Shown here: one piece after another, positions 27,177 to 37,197 of the stretch
Position numbering within the stretch: position 1 is the first letter of the stretch
Layout of the letters: every line of letters begins with the position of its first letter
DNA from: Bacillota bacterium
GTDB lineage: Bacteria > Bacillota > Clostridia > Christensenellales > SZUA-584
Assembly: GCA_023436115.1 (NCBI GenBank)
Contig: JAEZKQ010000027.1
Location: forward strand, 4,645-68,644
Length of the DNA: 64,000 bases
Direction: 5' to 3'
Notes under the pieces: generated by a model
The model's database searches: none
What the model saw: only the letters and a program-made list of their open reading frames with translations
Told to the model about the DNA's origin: nothing
Program-made: the position numbers and the translations under genes

Positions 27177-28015
27177 CGCCACGAAAAGCTGTAATGCCAG
27201 CCGTCGCCCTTTTGATCGTCGCTAAGCTGCGGATCATCAAAAACAATATTGCCGCTTAAGGCCAGTTCTTGTGCCGCAAGCTCAAAGTGGCAGGCCGCAA
27301 TGCCCATGTCTATACGCTGCATGCAAAAGCCATAAAGCGTGTTTCCCGCATAAAGCTTATCCAGTGCAAGATAAAAGTGCAGCGTATCCCCCATGCGGAT
27401 AACGCGCCACGGCTGCTTGTTGGACGCGGACGGACCAATGCGAACCATTTCAAGGCATTTGCACAGCACGTTTTCTTCATTAAAAAGCGGCGTCTTGACA
27501 CTTTCGTCAAAAAACACTTCTCCGAAGCGCTTACGCTTTCTTGCGCCCGCGCCCGCCGCAACAGCTTTTTCGGTAAGCGTCTTTTTCTCCGCCGCATAGC
27601 CGATGGGCGAAACCGCAGGCAAAAATTCGTTATCCGGCTTTAGCAGCGATACAAACGAACCGCGTTTAAATGTGCCGCCGAGCCAGCACGTGCCAAGCTC
27701 CAGCGCTGTGGCAAAGAGCACAACCCTTTCAAAAGCATAGCCATACCCCTCAATATCACGCATGCCTTTTTTGACGCATCCTCCGAAAAAGGTTCTGGCG
27801 CCCTTGATAAAACCGTATGTGCCAAGCTTTTGAGAGCTGCCTTCCAGCAGCTCAAAACGCACCTTCGCCCGAAAAGGGTTCTCTGCTTGCGCTTTAAGAA
27901 ATTCCTGTATGGCTTCCAGCTTTTCGGGTTCAACGGGCCTGTTTTCATATGTCCTGACGGACGTTCTTTTTTCCATCAACGTAATAGCGCTTTTATCTAA
28001 GAACATAAATACCAC
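27173..28015 (-). CDS. Nitroreductase-superfamily protein (TM1586-like)
   Basis: RTSVRTYENRPV and PSASNKQPWR are nitroreductase-fold signatures. The start is uncertain (alternative MEKRTS). Confidence 0.7.
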   Translation of the reverse strand: MVFMFLDKSAITLMEKRTSVRTYENRPVEPEKLEAIQEFLKAQAENPFRAKVRFELLEGSSQKLGTYGFIKGARTFFGGCVKKGMRDIEGYGYAFERVVLFATALELGTCWLGGTFKRGSFVSLLKPDNEFLPAVSPIGYAAEKKTLTEKAVAAGAGARKRKRFGEVFFDESVKTPLFNEENVLCKCLEMVRIGPSASNKQPWRVIRMGDTLHFYLALDKLYAGNTLYGFCMQRIDMGIAACHFELAAQELALSGNIVFDDPQLSDDQKGDGWHYSFSWR

Positions 28016-28027
28016 CTTAATTGTTGA

Positions 28028-29230
28028 TTAGAAGCTCCATCGTTGTCGTCGCATGCTCACGTTGATGACAAGCCCAAAGGCAATCATATTCGTGAGCAGG
28101 TTAGAACCACCGGAGCTTATAAACGGCAGCGGAATGCCGGTGATGGGCATCACGCCGATATTCATGCCGATATTTTCAAATATATGAAACAATGTCATCG
28201 CCAGAACACCAATAATGATAAGTGAGCCAAAATCATCTTTGGCCTTTGTCGCCAAATAAAGCGTACGGAAAATCAGTATAAAGTATAGCAATATCACGAC
28301 CATGATACCTAAAAAGCCGATAGCTTCAGAGGTTGAAGCAAAAATGAAATCGGTATGCCGTTCGGGAATATTGGAAAGCTTACTCTCGCCGCCCAGCGAA
28401 AACAGTCCTTTGCCGTATACCTGCCCCGCGCCGACAGCGACCTTGGCCTTATCCGACTGATAGTGCAGCGCCTTGATTTGCTCCTGTGTCATGCCAGCCT
28501 GCTCAATGCCCAAGAATGTATAAAAACGACCCTTTTGTTTCTCCGTCAACACAAAGAACCACAAAAGCGGTAACACAACGGCCGCAGAAGCAAATAATCC
28601 GCCGATCAGCTTAAGGCTGGTCTTGGCCAGAAACAGCATGGATATAAAAGTGAATATGTAAACCATGGCCGTGCCCCAATCGGGCTGAATAACGATGAGC
28701 AGAACCGGAACCAGGAACACACCGAGTATAGGGAGTAAATCTTTTACAGTTTTTATGCCGCCGTCACGCCCCTGTGTCTTTTTGGAGATCATCTGGGCCA
28801 TCACAATAATCATGCCGACTTTGCCGATCTCGCTGGGCTGGAAGCCCGCTTGGCCAATACGGAACCAGCCCGTTGCGCCGCCCTCATTCGAACCAAAAAA
28901 GTAAACCGCGATAAGCAAGCCCACGATGATCACGTAGATCCACTTGTAATATTCAGCAATCGCGTGATAATCGGGCAGCAGCACAATAAACATGGCAAAG
29001 AGGCTGATACCAAACCAGGCAATCTGCTGCATAACGTGAGTCAGGTCTAGCTGGGCTACGGCCGCGCTTAATGAGCCTATGTCTTCGGTCAGCGGTTCGG
29101 AATCTGCGCTGGCAATAGCCACGAAGCTGAAAAGAACGAGCACAATGATATTGGCAAACAGCAGCCAGTCTATGAATTTAAACATTCTTGGGTCAATAAA
29201 CTTCAGCTTCAAAACATTTACCCCTTGCAA
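28028..29230 (-). CDS. rodA: SEDS-family peptidoglycan polymerase (RodA/FtsW/SpoVE family)
   Basis: It is a 10-TM-type profile with the SEDS motifs (QPSEIGKV, PERHTDFIFA, GIPLPFISSGGS). The start is uncertain (TTG 29230 or TTG 29212). Confidence 0.85.
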   Translation of the reverse strand: MQGVNVLKLKFIDPRMFKFIDWLLFANIIVLVLFSFVAIASADSEPLTEDIGSLSAAVAQLDLTHVMQQIAWFGISLFAMFIVLLPDYHAIAEYYKWIYVIIVGLLIAVYFFGSNEGGATGWFRIGQAGFQPSEIGKVGMIIVMAQMISKKTQGRDGGIKTVKDLLPILGVFLVPVLLIVIQPDWGTAMVYIFTFISMLFLAKTSLKLIGGLFASAAVVLPLLWFFVLTEKQKGRFYTFLGIEQAGMTQEQIKALHYQSDKAKVAVGAGQVYGKGLFSLGGESKLSNIPERHTDFIFASTSEAIGFLGIMVVILLYFILIFRTLYLATKAKDDFGSLIIIGVLAMTLFHIFENIGMNIGVMPITGIPLPFISSGGSNLLTNMIAFGLVINVSMRRQRWSF

Positions 29231-29380
29231 TCATTACAAATGTATTTCAATTATAACATGATTATTAAGCATATGAAACCCCTCGTCAAAAGTTTACATT
29301 TTGGCGAAACGTTAAGATATAGCATAGCAGAAAAAGGGCAGTTAAGGAAGTGCCCTCTCATGCAAGGTTCAAGGCATATC

Positions 29381-29974
29381 CTATTCGATGCGTATAAACG
29401 ATGCGTATGCCTGAACGGGGTACGATTCTGCGACAGACCCGCTGAATACAGCCGATACGATATCCCCTGCCTTGATCGCCGAAATGGCCGCCGTCTGACC
29501 CATGCTGTCTTCTATCACCGTTTTTTCATCCACCTTAACGCGCGCTTTATCATACTGTCCCGCCACGGGCGTGTCCGTTTCCACAAGAATAATGATACCG
29601 TTGTCTGCGTCAGTCAGGCTTGTGATAATGCCTGTGATACTCACAGCGCTCGTCATAGAGTCGAGCAGCTGATCTCCCGAGAGCGGACACTTATCGCTCA
29701 AATTCTCAAAAGAAATCAACAGATAGTTTTCATAGTCCACAATGTAAGCGGCTACATGCTGCCCGCTGCCCACGTCCTGCGTGGGCCCTAAGGCCGTGAA
29801 TATCTGCTCATAAGTCATATTCGCTTCTATTTTGGCTACCTCGGTGCTGAAGATGCCTGCCACCTCGTTTTCGATATTAACCAATTCACTCGTATCCGCG
29901 CTTGGTGCGCAACCGGCAAGCATCCACAGAGCAGCCAATACAATTACCAAGAAATATAATGCCTTTCTCTTCAT
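29381..29974 (-). CDS. Lipoprotein of unknown function
   Basis: GGAGG lies 8 nt before ATG 29974. The signal peptide ends in a lipobox, LAGC. Confidence 0.6.
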   Translation of the reverse strand: MKRKALYFLVIVLAALWMLAGCAPSADTSELVNIENEVAGIFSTEVAKIEANMTYEQIFTALGPTQDVGSGQHVAAYIVDYENYLLISFENLSDKCPLSGDQLLDSMTSAVSITGIITSLTDADNGIIILVETDTPVAGQYDKARVKVDEKTVIEDSMGQTAAISAIKAGDIVSAVFSGSVAESYPVQAYASFIRIE

Positions 29975-30141
29975 GCCATTAACCTCCGTTTTTATGTAAG
30001 CCATTAGACGGCGCATGCCGCTGTTTTGTTTCCACCGTTTGTTTCATTATAGCATAACCTGTTTTTGTGCGGCGGCTCTCATGTAGACAAATATGTGTCC
30101 AAAATGATATATTATAAGCGCGCTTTGCGCAGGAGGATATT

Positions 30142-31701
30142 ATGGCATACAAGGCTTTGTACCGTACCTGGCGGCCTTCGAGGTTCGCCGATGTATCGGG
30201 ACAGGAGCATATTATAAAAGTTTTAACGGGGCAAATCGAGAGCGGGCGCATCGCGCATGCTTATCTGTTTTCCGGCCCCAGAGGCACAGGCAAGACAAGC
30301 CTCGCCAAGATTTTTGCGCGCGCCGTGAACTGCACTGAAAGACAAAATGCGGAAAGCTGCGGTCAATGCAGTGCCTGCCGTGAAACAGCTGCGGAAAACC
30401 CCGTAGATATCGTTGAGATCGACGCGGCATCCAACAACGGCGTCGACAGCGTGCGCGAAATTCGTGACCGCGTGAACCTGCTGCCTGCCGTCTGCCGCTA
30501 TAAAGTCTATATTATCGACGAAGTGCATATGCTTTCTAAGGGCGCATTCAACGCTTTGCTAAAAACGCTGGAAGAGCCCCCTTCGCACGTGATATTCATA
30601 CTCGCGACGACAGAGCCGCATAAGCTGCCCGCCACAATACTGTCGCGGTGCCAGCGTTTTGATTTTAAAAGAATCACATTAGAGGATATCACAAAACGGC
30701 TGACCGAGGTCGCCAAGGGCGAGGGGTATACATTTGATGTGAATGCGCTCCAAATGATCGGGCGCGCAGCCGAAGGCGGTATGCGCGATGCGCTGTCCAT
30801 ACTTGACCAGTGTGCGGCATCCGGGCCGGTGACGCAGCAAAGCGTAGCGGCGGCGCTGGGCGGCGGCGATTCACAGCTGCTTCTGGAGTTGATTTCCTGC
30901 ATAACGGTCTACGACGAAAAAGGCGCTTTGGAACGTTTATCATCTTTGCTGCAAGACGGAGCGGACACCCGTGCGCTGATTAAAGACCTGGCGGATACCT
31001 TCCGCCGTATGATGTGGCTGTCTGTGGGAGCCTCCGGTGAGGATAATATCGGCGGCCTGGAAAAGATGGCGAAAAGCTTCGGCAAAAATGCGTGCCTGCG
31101 CGCGCTCAATATACTGATACAAAAAGAATATGAAATGCGCCAGAACCTGCGTGCTGATATCGTGCTGGAAACGGCTGTGATGGCGCTGATGTGTCCCGAA
31201 GACGACCGCAGCGCGCCCGACGCTGCGCGCATCGAAAAGCTGGAAGCGCGTCTTAAGTCGCTGGAAGAGCAGCGCATGGCCGCGCCGCAAGCCGCGGCTG
31301 TTCAGGAACAAATCTCAAAATCGGCCAATGTGAAGCCCGCAGCAACGAAAGCGCCAAAAAAAGCAGCATCAACACCGCATATAGACACTGATGCGCAGGA
31401 GCTTTGGAGAAAACTGCTGGATACACTGAAAACAGAAGCTTATTACGTTTATCCCCATGCGCAGCAGGCTAAAAATGTCCATCTTGTGGGCGGCAAGCTG
31501 GATATTACGTTTGGGGCTGATGCAGAAATCGCGGCTGACTTTTTAAAGCACGCGTCTGCTCAAAAAGAGATATTGCAGCGTCTTGAGAAGCTGTGCGGCT
31601 CGACGCTGGCTTTAAATGTGATTATTGAAAAGGACGACGGTTCAAAAAGCAAGCAATCGGACATACTTGCGATGTTTGGAGATCAAATAGAAGAAATTTA
31701 A
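30142..31701 (+). CDS. dnaX: DNA polymerase III subunit gamma/tau
   Basis: It has Walker A GPRGTGKTS, a zinc module CxxCxxC, DEVHML and an SRC motif. The synteny is dnaX-ybaB-recR. Confidence 0.95.
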   Translation: MAYKALYRTWRPSRFADVSGQEHIIKVLTGQIESGRIAHAYLFSGPRGTGKTSLAKIFARAVNCTERQNAESCGQCSACRETAAENPVDIVEIDAASNNGVDSVREIRDRVNLLPAVCRYKVYIIDEVHMLSKGAFNALLKTLEEPPSHVIFILATTEPHKLPATILSRCQRFDFKRITLEDITKRLTEVAKGEGYTFDVNALQMIGRAAEGGMRDALSILDQCAASGPVTQQSVAAALGGGDSQLLLELISCITVYDEKGALERLSSLLQDGADTRALIKDLADTFRRMMWLSVGASGEDNIGGLEKMAKSFGKNACLRALNILIQKEYEMRQNLRADIVLETAVMALMCPEDDRSAPDAARIEKLEARLKSLEEQRMAAPQAAAVQEQISKSANVKPAATKAPKKAASTPHIDTDAQELWRKLLDTLKTEAYYVYPHAQQAKNVHLVGGKLDITFGADAEIAADFLKHASAQKEILQRLEKLCGSTLALNVIIEKDDGSKSKQSDILAMFGDQIEEI

Positions 31702-31711
31702 GGAGGTTCTC

Positions 31712-32056
31712 ATGGCAAAGAGAAAATCTTTCACCGGCGGCGGTGGCATGAATATGGGTTCTATGCTCGCCAAAGCTCAAAAAATGCAGGCTGATATGGC
31801 GGCGGCGCAGGCTGAAGCGGAGCAGACAGAAGTGGAAGCCACCGCGGGCGGCGGCGCGGTGACGGTGCGCGCTAACGGCGCAAAGAAAATCATCAGCATT
31901 AAAATTTCACCCGAAGCGGCCGATCCGGACGATATTGAAATGCTCGAAGACCTGATCATGGCAGCCGTGAACGAAGCGATTGCCAAGGCTGACGGCGTGA
32001 TGCAGCATAAAATGAACGCAGTCACCGGTGGTATCGATCTGGGAGGCATGTTCTAA
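31712..32056 (+). CDS. ybaB: Nucleoid-associated protein YbaB/EbfC
   Basis: The size, the MQxxMxxxQ pattern and its position between dnaX and recR all fit. Confidence 0.9.
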   Translation: MAKRKSFTGGGGMNMGSMLAKAQKMQADMAAAQAEAEQTEVEATAGGGAVTVRANGAKKIISIKISPEAADPDDIEMLEDLIMAAVNEAIAKADGVMQHKMNAVTGGIDLGGMF

Positions 32057-32058
32057 GC

Positions 32059-32664
32059 TTGAGCGGAATCATTGAGCCGGTTGCACGGCTGATAAACCAG
32101 TTTGCCAAGCTGCCCGGCATCGGCCAGAAGACAGCGCAGAGGCTTGCGTTTCATGTAATCCATATGAACGATGATGAGGTGGAGGCCTTCGCCAAAGACC
32201 TTTTCTATGCCAAAAAAGCAGCCGTCTACTGCCCCAACTGCGGCAACCTCATGCAAAAAGGCGAAGCGCTCTGCGGCGTGTGCGCGGATGCGGTGCGGGA
32301 TGCGTCGTGTATCTGCGTGGTGTCGGATATCAAGGATGTGCTGGCAATTGAGAAAACGCGCGAATTTAAAGGCGTTTATCATGTGCTGCACGGCGTTATC
32401 TCCCCCATGGACGGTATCGGCCCGGACGATATCAACATCGCGGGGCTTATTGACCGTTTGGCAAAGGGCGGCATCAACGAAGTGATACTCGCGACCAATC
32501 CTGACGTACAGGGCACAGCCACAGCAGCCTATATCGCCAAGACCATACGGCCTCTGGTAGAAAAGGTCACGCGTATTGCGCATGGTGTGCCGATCGGCGC
32601 CGACCTTGAATATACGGACGAGGTGACACTGTCGCGCGCAATCGAAGGACGTACAGCTTATTAA
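32059..32664 (+). CDS. recR: Recombination protein RecR
   Basis: It has KLPGIGQKTAQRLAF HhH, a CxxCxxxxxxxxCxxC zinc finger and a Toprim domain. It uses a TTG start. Confidence 0.95.
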   Translation: MSGIIEPVARLINQFAKLPGIGQKTAQRLAFHVIHMNDDEVEAFAKDLFYAKKAAVYCPNCGNLMQKGEALCGVCADAVRDASCICVVSDIKDVLAIEKTREFKGVYHVLHGVISPMDGIGPDDINIAGLIDRLAKGGINEVILATNPDVQGTATAAYIAKTIRPLVEKVTRIAHGVPIGADLEYTDEVTLSRAIEGRTAY

Positions 32665-32735
32665 TGTATACTTGTATATCATCGTCTCTTTTTGGTAACA
32701 ATAGACACCATCAACCACAAGTGGGAGGATGAGGT

Positions 32736-32924
32736 ATGCAAGTCAACGAATACGCGAACGATGTGAAGAAAGCCTATGCCGCATGGCAGGCAGCCGAAAA
32801 CTATTTTGAGAACGTGGCGGACCCTGACCTGATCGATTTTGCCATTTATGACATGGAGGCCGCCAAGAAAAGGTACGTGTACATGCTCAAAAAAGCCAGA
32901 GAGGTACACGGTGAAGCGCTGTAA
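32736..32924 (+). CDS. DUF2508 (YaaL-like) protein
   Basis: It is 62 aa with the pattern ...FENVADPDLIDFAIYDMEAAKKRY. Its position after recR matches Bacillus. Confidence 0.7.
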   Translation: MQVNEYANDVKKAYAAWQAAENYFENVADPDLIDFAIYDMEAAKKRYVYMLKKAREVHGEAL

Positions 32925-33116
32925 CAATATTCTATAAACAACAGGAAAACAAGCAGAGCTTTTCTCTGTTTGTTTTTATATTGCTTTGAAAAGCATACCC
33001 TCATAGATGTTTGAAGATATTGTCGAATGCTGCATCACACGATATAATAACATAGAATAAAATGTCTATAAGCGCTGCGGCATATTGCCATAACGCTTTC
33101 ATAAGGAGAATCATTT

Positions 33117-33329
33117 ATGTTATGCAAACGGTGCGGCAGCCCCAATGTTTCTATCACGCCTGTGTCCGTACAAAAACCGCGCGGCTGTCTGCTCACGTTG
33201 TTTTACATCCTGCTGCTTTGCATACCCATCATCGGCTGGATCGCGCTTTTCATGCTGATTCGCGGCCGGCGTTCCCGCGTGGTCACTTACTGCGTCTGCC
33301 AGAGCTGCGGCAAGCGGCGGCGTGTGTAG
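33117..33329 (+). CDS. Small zinc-ribbon membrane protein
   Basis: AAGGAG precedes the ATG. CKRCG...CQSCG pairs flank a hydrophobic hairpin. Confidence 0.5.
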   Translation: MLCKRCGSPNVSITPVSVQKPRGCLLTLFYILLLCIPIIGWIALFMLIRGRRSRVVTYCVCQSCGKRRRV

Positions 33330-33522
33330 CAGGAGTCGAGTGTTTACTTCAACGCAGGCTTTGCCTCCATATCACCACCAAAGGCACTGCCCTTTGGAAA
33401 CCCATAAAATTTCCTTCAGCATTCCCTTATTGTTAAGAACCAATAAACACAGTTTCACACAAAAAACAACGATAAAACAGCCGACTTGAGGTTTCCCCCA
33501 AGCCGGCCATGATACACTTCCC

Positions 33523-34065
33523 TTACGCGCCCGCAAGTTTAATCCGCTTGTTGACTACAGGCGTTAAGCTCTCGACGAGCGTCATTAAAAGCCATGCATA
33601 GAACGGCAGCTCAACCGCCGCGCCGATGAGCCTGGGCGGCAGTAAAACCGCCAGCCGGACGCCATAGAAAAGCGAGATAATCAGCGTATTGAGCACCACC
33701 GAACAGACGATCTGGGCGGTGAACGAAGCCCCTGTGGCTTTCCAGATGGTGTTTTTCTTGGCCCTCAGATAGAAAAGACCCGCGATCACACCGAAAAGCG
33801 CCATCGTGAGAGAAAACAATGGGTTGTAAGCCCCCACCTGTATTCCCATAAAGAAACCCGCGGTATCGGCCACAAAGCCCACGATACCGCCCGCAAGAGG
33901 CCCAAAGAATATGCCCGCAAGCATAACAGGAATGGGTGTCAGTGAAACCTCCACCGTTTTCACGCCGGTGAAGTTAAGCTCGATCGACAAAAACGCGCTG
34001 AAAACAGCGCCCAGAGCCGCAAGCAGACCCATGATGGCAAGTGTACGAACATTAAAATTTTTCAT
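33523..34065 (-). CDS. folT: ECF-transporter S component, folate family (FolT-like)
   Basis: It is a roughly 180-aa multi-TM protein with an S-component profile, with AGGAGG before ATG 34065. It is directly preceded by a THF riboswitch. Confidence 0.75.
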   Translation of the reverse strand: MKNFNVRTLAIMGLLAALGAVFSAFLSIELNFTGVKTVEVSLTPIPVMLAGIFFGPLAGGIVGFVADTAGFFMGIQVGAYNPLFSLTMALFGVIAGLFYLRAKKNTIWKATGASFTAQIVCSVVLNTLIISLFYGVRLAVLLPPRLIGAAVELPFYAWLLMTLVESLTPVVNKRIKLAGA

Positions 34066-34129
34066 ACAAAAAAACCTCCTTCCCTTGTATATGGGCAAAG
34101 ACACGCCATTAAGAGAAAAAAGGTTCTCT

Positions 34130-34230
34130 TTAGCAGCGGACGCGACTCTGTACCGCAGGCCTAAAAGCCTTTCGTCCCCAGGCGACATCCCATCCCAGGG
34201 CACTTAACGCACAAAATCTACTCTGCACAA
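34130..34230 (-). promoter_or_regulatory. THF (tetrahydrofolate) riboswitch
   Basis: The minus-strand RNA reads CAGAGUAGAUUUUGCGUUAAGUGCCCUGGGAUGGGAUGUCGCCUGGGGACGAAAGG...GCGGUACAGAGUCGCGUCCGCUGC. This matches the THF-I consensus blocks (AGAGUAG, GCGUUAAGUG, GGGAUGUCG, ACGAA, GCGGU, CGCGUCCGCU). TATAAT lies at 34250-34245. Confidence 0.85.
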
Positions 34231-34311
34231 TATCAAGTTGCTTTATTATAGCAACCGGCGGCTTTTAAATCAAGCCTTTGCCGTTGCTTTTGACGGTTGT
34301 GTTAATTACAG

Positions 34312-35136
34312 CTAATTGAATACCAGCGTATCGCTGACCACACCGTGCTGCGCTTTGTGGAACATATCGATCAGCCCGTCCACCGTCTGCGCTTTCTTTT
34401 GCTCGCCCGATACGTCAAAGAGCACCGTACCCGCGTGCAGCATTGTCAGACGTGTGCCAAAGCCCAGCGCGTACCCTAGGTTGTGCGTGACCATCAATGT
34501 GGTGATTTTACTTGCGGTCACGATTTTTTCGGTGAGCTCCATAATATGCGCCGATGTACGCGGATCCAGCGCGGCTGTGTGCTCGTCGAGCAGCAGCAGA
34601 TCGGGGCCGGTCACGGTCGCCATCACGAGCGCAAGCGCCTGACGCTGTCCGCCCGAAAGCTGCCCCGCCAAAACATCAAGCTTATCTTCCAAACCCATGC
34701 CAAGAACGCTCAGCTGCTCCCTGAACTTGGGTTTATCCTTCTTTTTGAGGCAAATATTAAGGCCGTAGCTTTTGCCTTTGTTGGCCGCCATTGCGAGGTT
34801 CTCCGCCACGGTCATCGTGGGGCATGTGCCCAGCTTGGGGTCTTGAAACACGCGCGCGATCGACTTGGCACGTTTATACTCTTTGAGCTTTGTGACATCG
34901 TGGCCCAGCAGCCGTATCTCGCCGCGGTCGGCAGCCACCGTGCCCGCAATGATATTGAGCAGCGTGGTTTTACCGCTGCCGTTGCTGCCCACGATACTGA
35001 TAAAATCACCCTCCGACACACTATAGGTCAGCCCTTTGAAAAGCTCGGTCTGCGTGGGCAGATTGGCATCGTATGTTTTATAAATTCCGTCTATCTCAAG
35101 CACTTTTTCCGCCCTCCCCTTTAAACAGTCCGACAA
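34312..35136 (-). CDS. ABC transporter ATP-binding protein (COG1101-type)
   Basis: It has Walker A GSNGSGKTT, the signature LSGGQRQ and Walker B LLLDEH. The start is either ATG 35136 or GTG 35103. Confidence 0.9.
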   Translation of the reverse strand: MSDCLKGRAEKVLEIDGIYKTYDANLPTQTELFKGLTYSVSEGDFISIVGSNGSGKTTLLNIIAGTVAADRGEIRLLGHDVTKLKEYKRAKSIARVFQDPKLGTCPTMTVAENLAMAANKGKSYGLNICLKKKDKPKFREQLSVLGMGLEDKLDVLAGQLSGGQRQALALVMATVTGPDLLLLDEHTAALDPRTSAHIMELTEKIVTASKITTLMVTHNLGYALGFGTRLTMLHAGTVLFDVSGEQKKAQTVDGLIDMFHKAQHGVVSDTLVFN

Positions 35137-35974
35137 TCCTTTTGCGCCAGTCTTCCTTTTGCACCAGCATCACAAGCACGAAGAAGACCGCTGTCATGAT
35201 CTTCATATCTTGCGAGGGCAGCCCTGCCTTAAGCGCCGCACCGATAGCCAGCTTATAGATGACAGAACCGATGATGACCGATGTGGAGCCTTGAATCCAC
35301 CGTGCTTTACCGAAAACCGCGCGTCCGATAATCACCGAGGCCAAACCAATGACGACTGTGCCCGTGCCCATGCCGGTGTCCGCGAAGCTCTGATACTGCG
35401 CCATCAGCGAACCGGAAAGCGCCGCGAGTCCGTTCGCGATCATGAGTCCGGTAATCTTAAGCCGTCCGGTGTTGATAGACAGCGTTTTCACGAGCTGTTC
35501 GTTCACACCCACTGCCAGCAGCGACTTGCCCGCAAATGTCTTCATATAAAGATCGAGCAGCACCTTAATGACAACAACGAAAAGCAGCGCTACCACGATC
35601 TTTGGTACGGGCGATGTGAACACGGTATCCACCGTCAGCATCGGGATATTCGATTTGCCCATGATGTGTAAATTGACGCTGTAAAGCGCCGTCATGGTGA
35701 GTATGCCGCAAAGCAGGTTGGTGATTTTCAGATGCACATGCAGTGCGCCCGTCACATAGCCTGCCACTGCGCCTGCCGCTATCGACAGCAGCACCGCAAG
35801 CATCGGTGACATGCCTGATGTGATACACACAGCCGTTACAGCAGCGCCCAGCGGAAACGTTCCGTCTACCGAAAGATCGGGGAAGTCCAAAATAGAATAA
35901 GTGATATACACCCCGAGAACAATCGGGGCGTATATCAAACCTTGTTCCAGTATACCGAGCAGAAATTCCAGCAC
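35096..35974 (-). CDS. ABC transporter permease (COG4120-type)
   Basis: It is a polytopic membrane protein lying between the binding protein and the ATPase. Confidence 0.85.
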   Translation of the reverse strand: MLEFLLGILEQGLIYAPIVLGVYITYSILDFPDLSVDGTFPLGAAVTAVCITSGMSPMLAVLLSIAAGAVAGYVTGALHVHLKITNLLCGILTMTALYSVNLHIMGKSNIPMLTVDTVFTSPVPKIVVALLFVVVIKVLLDLYMKTFAGKSLLAVGVNEQLVKTLSINTGRLKITGLMIANGLAALSGSLMAQYQSFADTGMGTGTVVIGLASVIIGRAVFGKARWIQGSTSVIIGSVIYKLAIGAALKAGLPSQDMKIMTAVFFVLVMLVQKEDWRKRIVGLFKGEGGKSA

Positions 35975-36003
35975 GAGAGTCGGTTCTCCTTATTTATGAT
36001 TCT

Positions 36004-37089
36004 TCACTCTGTTTTTGTCGTTACATACTCCACTTTGTCAGCGATTTCATCGGGAACCGTCACGCCAAGCAGTGTGGCCTGGTCTGAGTTCACGATGAGC
36101 ACGGGATCTTTAAACGTCGTAATGGGAAGCGATTCGGGTGCAGCGCCTTCCAGCACCTTAGCGACCATTTCGCCTGTCATCTGACCCAATACATAGTAAT
36201 CGACGCCCGCGGATGCCAGCGCGCCGGCCTCAACCTGTGTGATTTCAGAGCCGTAAAGCGGAATCTTTGCTTCGTTGCACTTCTGCACGATCAACGGAAG
36301 TGCCGAAACAACCATATTATCCGTCAAATTCATCATCACGTCAACCTTCGGCAATAAAGAATCCAGCGCGGATGCGATCTCATTTGTGCTTGTAATACCC
36401 GCATCCACAATCTCCATACCATACTCAGCAGCCAGCTTTTGCGCCTCAGCAAGCTGAATATCGCTGTTCACCTCACCGGTGTTGTGCAGTATACCAACCT
36501 TAACCGCGTCGGGCGTTAAGGATTTGATAAGATCGAATGTCGCCGCTACGGGCAGCTTGTCGCTTGAGCCTGTGACGCCTGCAATGGTTGCGCCGTCCGC
36601 TGCAGCCAGCTCTGCAGCCGAGGGTTCGGATACCGCCGTAAAGACCACGGGAACTTTTCCCTTTGCCGCTGCAAAAGCCGCCTGCGCGCTGGGTGTCGCA
36701 ATGGCGACGATCACATCAGCGCCGCCGGATACAAACTGCTGCGCAATGCTTGTCGCGGTCGGCATATCGCCCTGCGCGCTCTGGAAATCAACTTTAATGC
36801 TTTCGCCGTCTACATACCCAAGCTCCGCGAGCTTATCCACAACACCGTCCCGGCACATATCCAGTGACGGATGGTCGGCTATCTGCGTGATCGCAACGGT
36901 CAGGACATCGCCGGATGCAGTATCTGTTTCAGATGCATCGTCTGTTTCAATTGCCGATTGTGTCTCCTCAACCGTAGGAGTTGCATCCGCGTCAGCTAAC
37001 GATTCGTTTGTGGTCGGGGTGGCGCAGCCTGCAAATACCATCAGCAGAGCCATTAGTAAACCAGCCATTTTGAGTAATTTGTGTTTCAT
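36004..37089 (-). CDS. ABC transporter substrate-binding lipoprotein (ABC_sub_bind/COG2984 family)
   Basis: It has lipobox VFAGC, an acidic Thr-rich linker, and the pattern VAITQIADHPSLD...FQSAQGD...IVAIATPSAQAA typical of this family. Confidence 0.85.
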   Translation of the reverse strand: MKHKLLKMAGLLMALLMVFAGCATPTTNESLADADATPTVEETQSAIETDDASETDTASGDVLTVAITQIADHPSLDMCRDGVVDKLAELGYVDGESIKVDFQSAQGDMPTATSIAQQFVSGGADVIVAIATPSAQAAFAAAKGKVPVVFTAVSEPSAAELAAADGATIAGVTGSSDKLPVAATFDLIKSLTPDAVKVGILHNTGEVNSDIQLAEAQKLAAEYGMEIVDAGITSTNEIASALDSLLPKVDVMMNLTDNMVVSALPLIVQKCNEAKIPLYGSEITQVEAGALASAGVDYYVLGQMTGEMVAKVLEGAAPESLPITTFKDPVLIVNSDQATLLGVTVPDEIADKVEYVTTKTE

Positions 37090-37151
37090 TTTTTCGTCTC
37101 CTTATAATCTTTAAAATTTCGCTTGTTTTAAGATTGAGGCCCGAATGGCAA

Positions 37152-37177
37152 AGAAAAAAACGCCCAAGAAGCGTTTC
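37152..37177 (-). terminator. Leader terminator of the ABC importer operon
   Basis: The minus-strand RNA reads GAAACGC-uucuugg-GCGUUUU followed by UUUCUUU. Its 5' arm overlaps the 3' arm of an upstream hairpin, UUUCAUA-acacacgc-UAUGAAA (37195-37174). Confidence 0.55.
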
Positions 37178-37197
37178 ATAGCGTGTGTTATGAAAAA

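Noticed and set aside
29975-30141. Looked for the SRP (4.5S/scRNA) gene that precedes dnaX in Bacillus
   Set aside because: I saw no GGUGCUGUUU...AGGUCCGGAAGGAAGCAGC-like core. The segment is short and looks like promoter and leader only.
32053-32718. 221-aa ORF antisense to recR. Similar long antisense ORFs occur at 10469-11152 opposite minD, 15848-16621 opposite glnA, 50622-51263 inside the giant gene, and 20256-22736 opposite the glp-like genes.
   Set aside because: Each lies opposite a gene with unmistakable conserved motifs. They have low-complexity or Arg/Cys-rich composition typical of antisense frames in GC-rich coding DNA.
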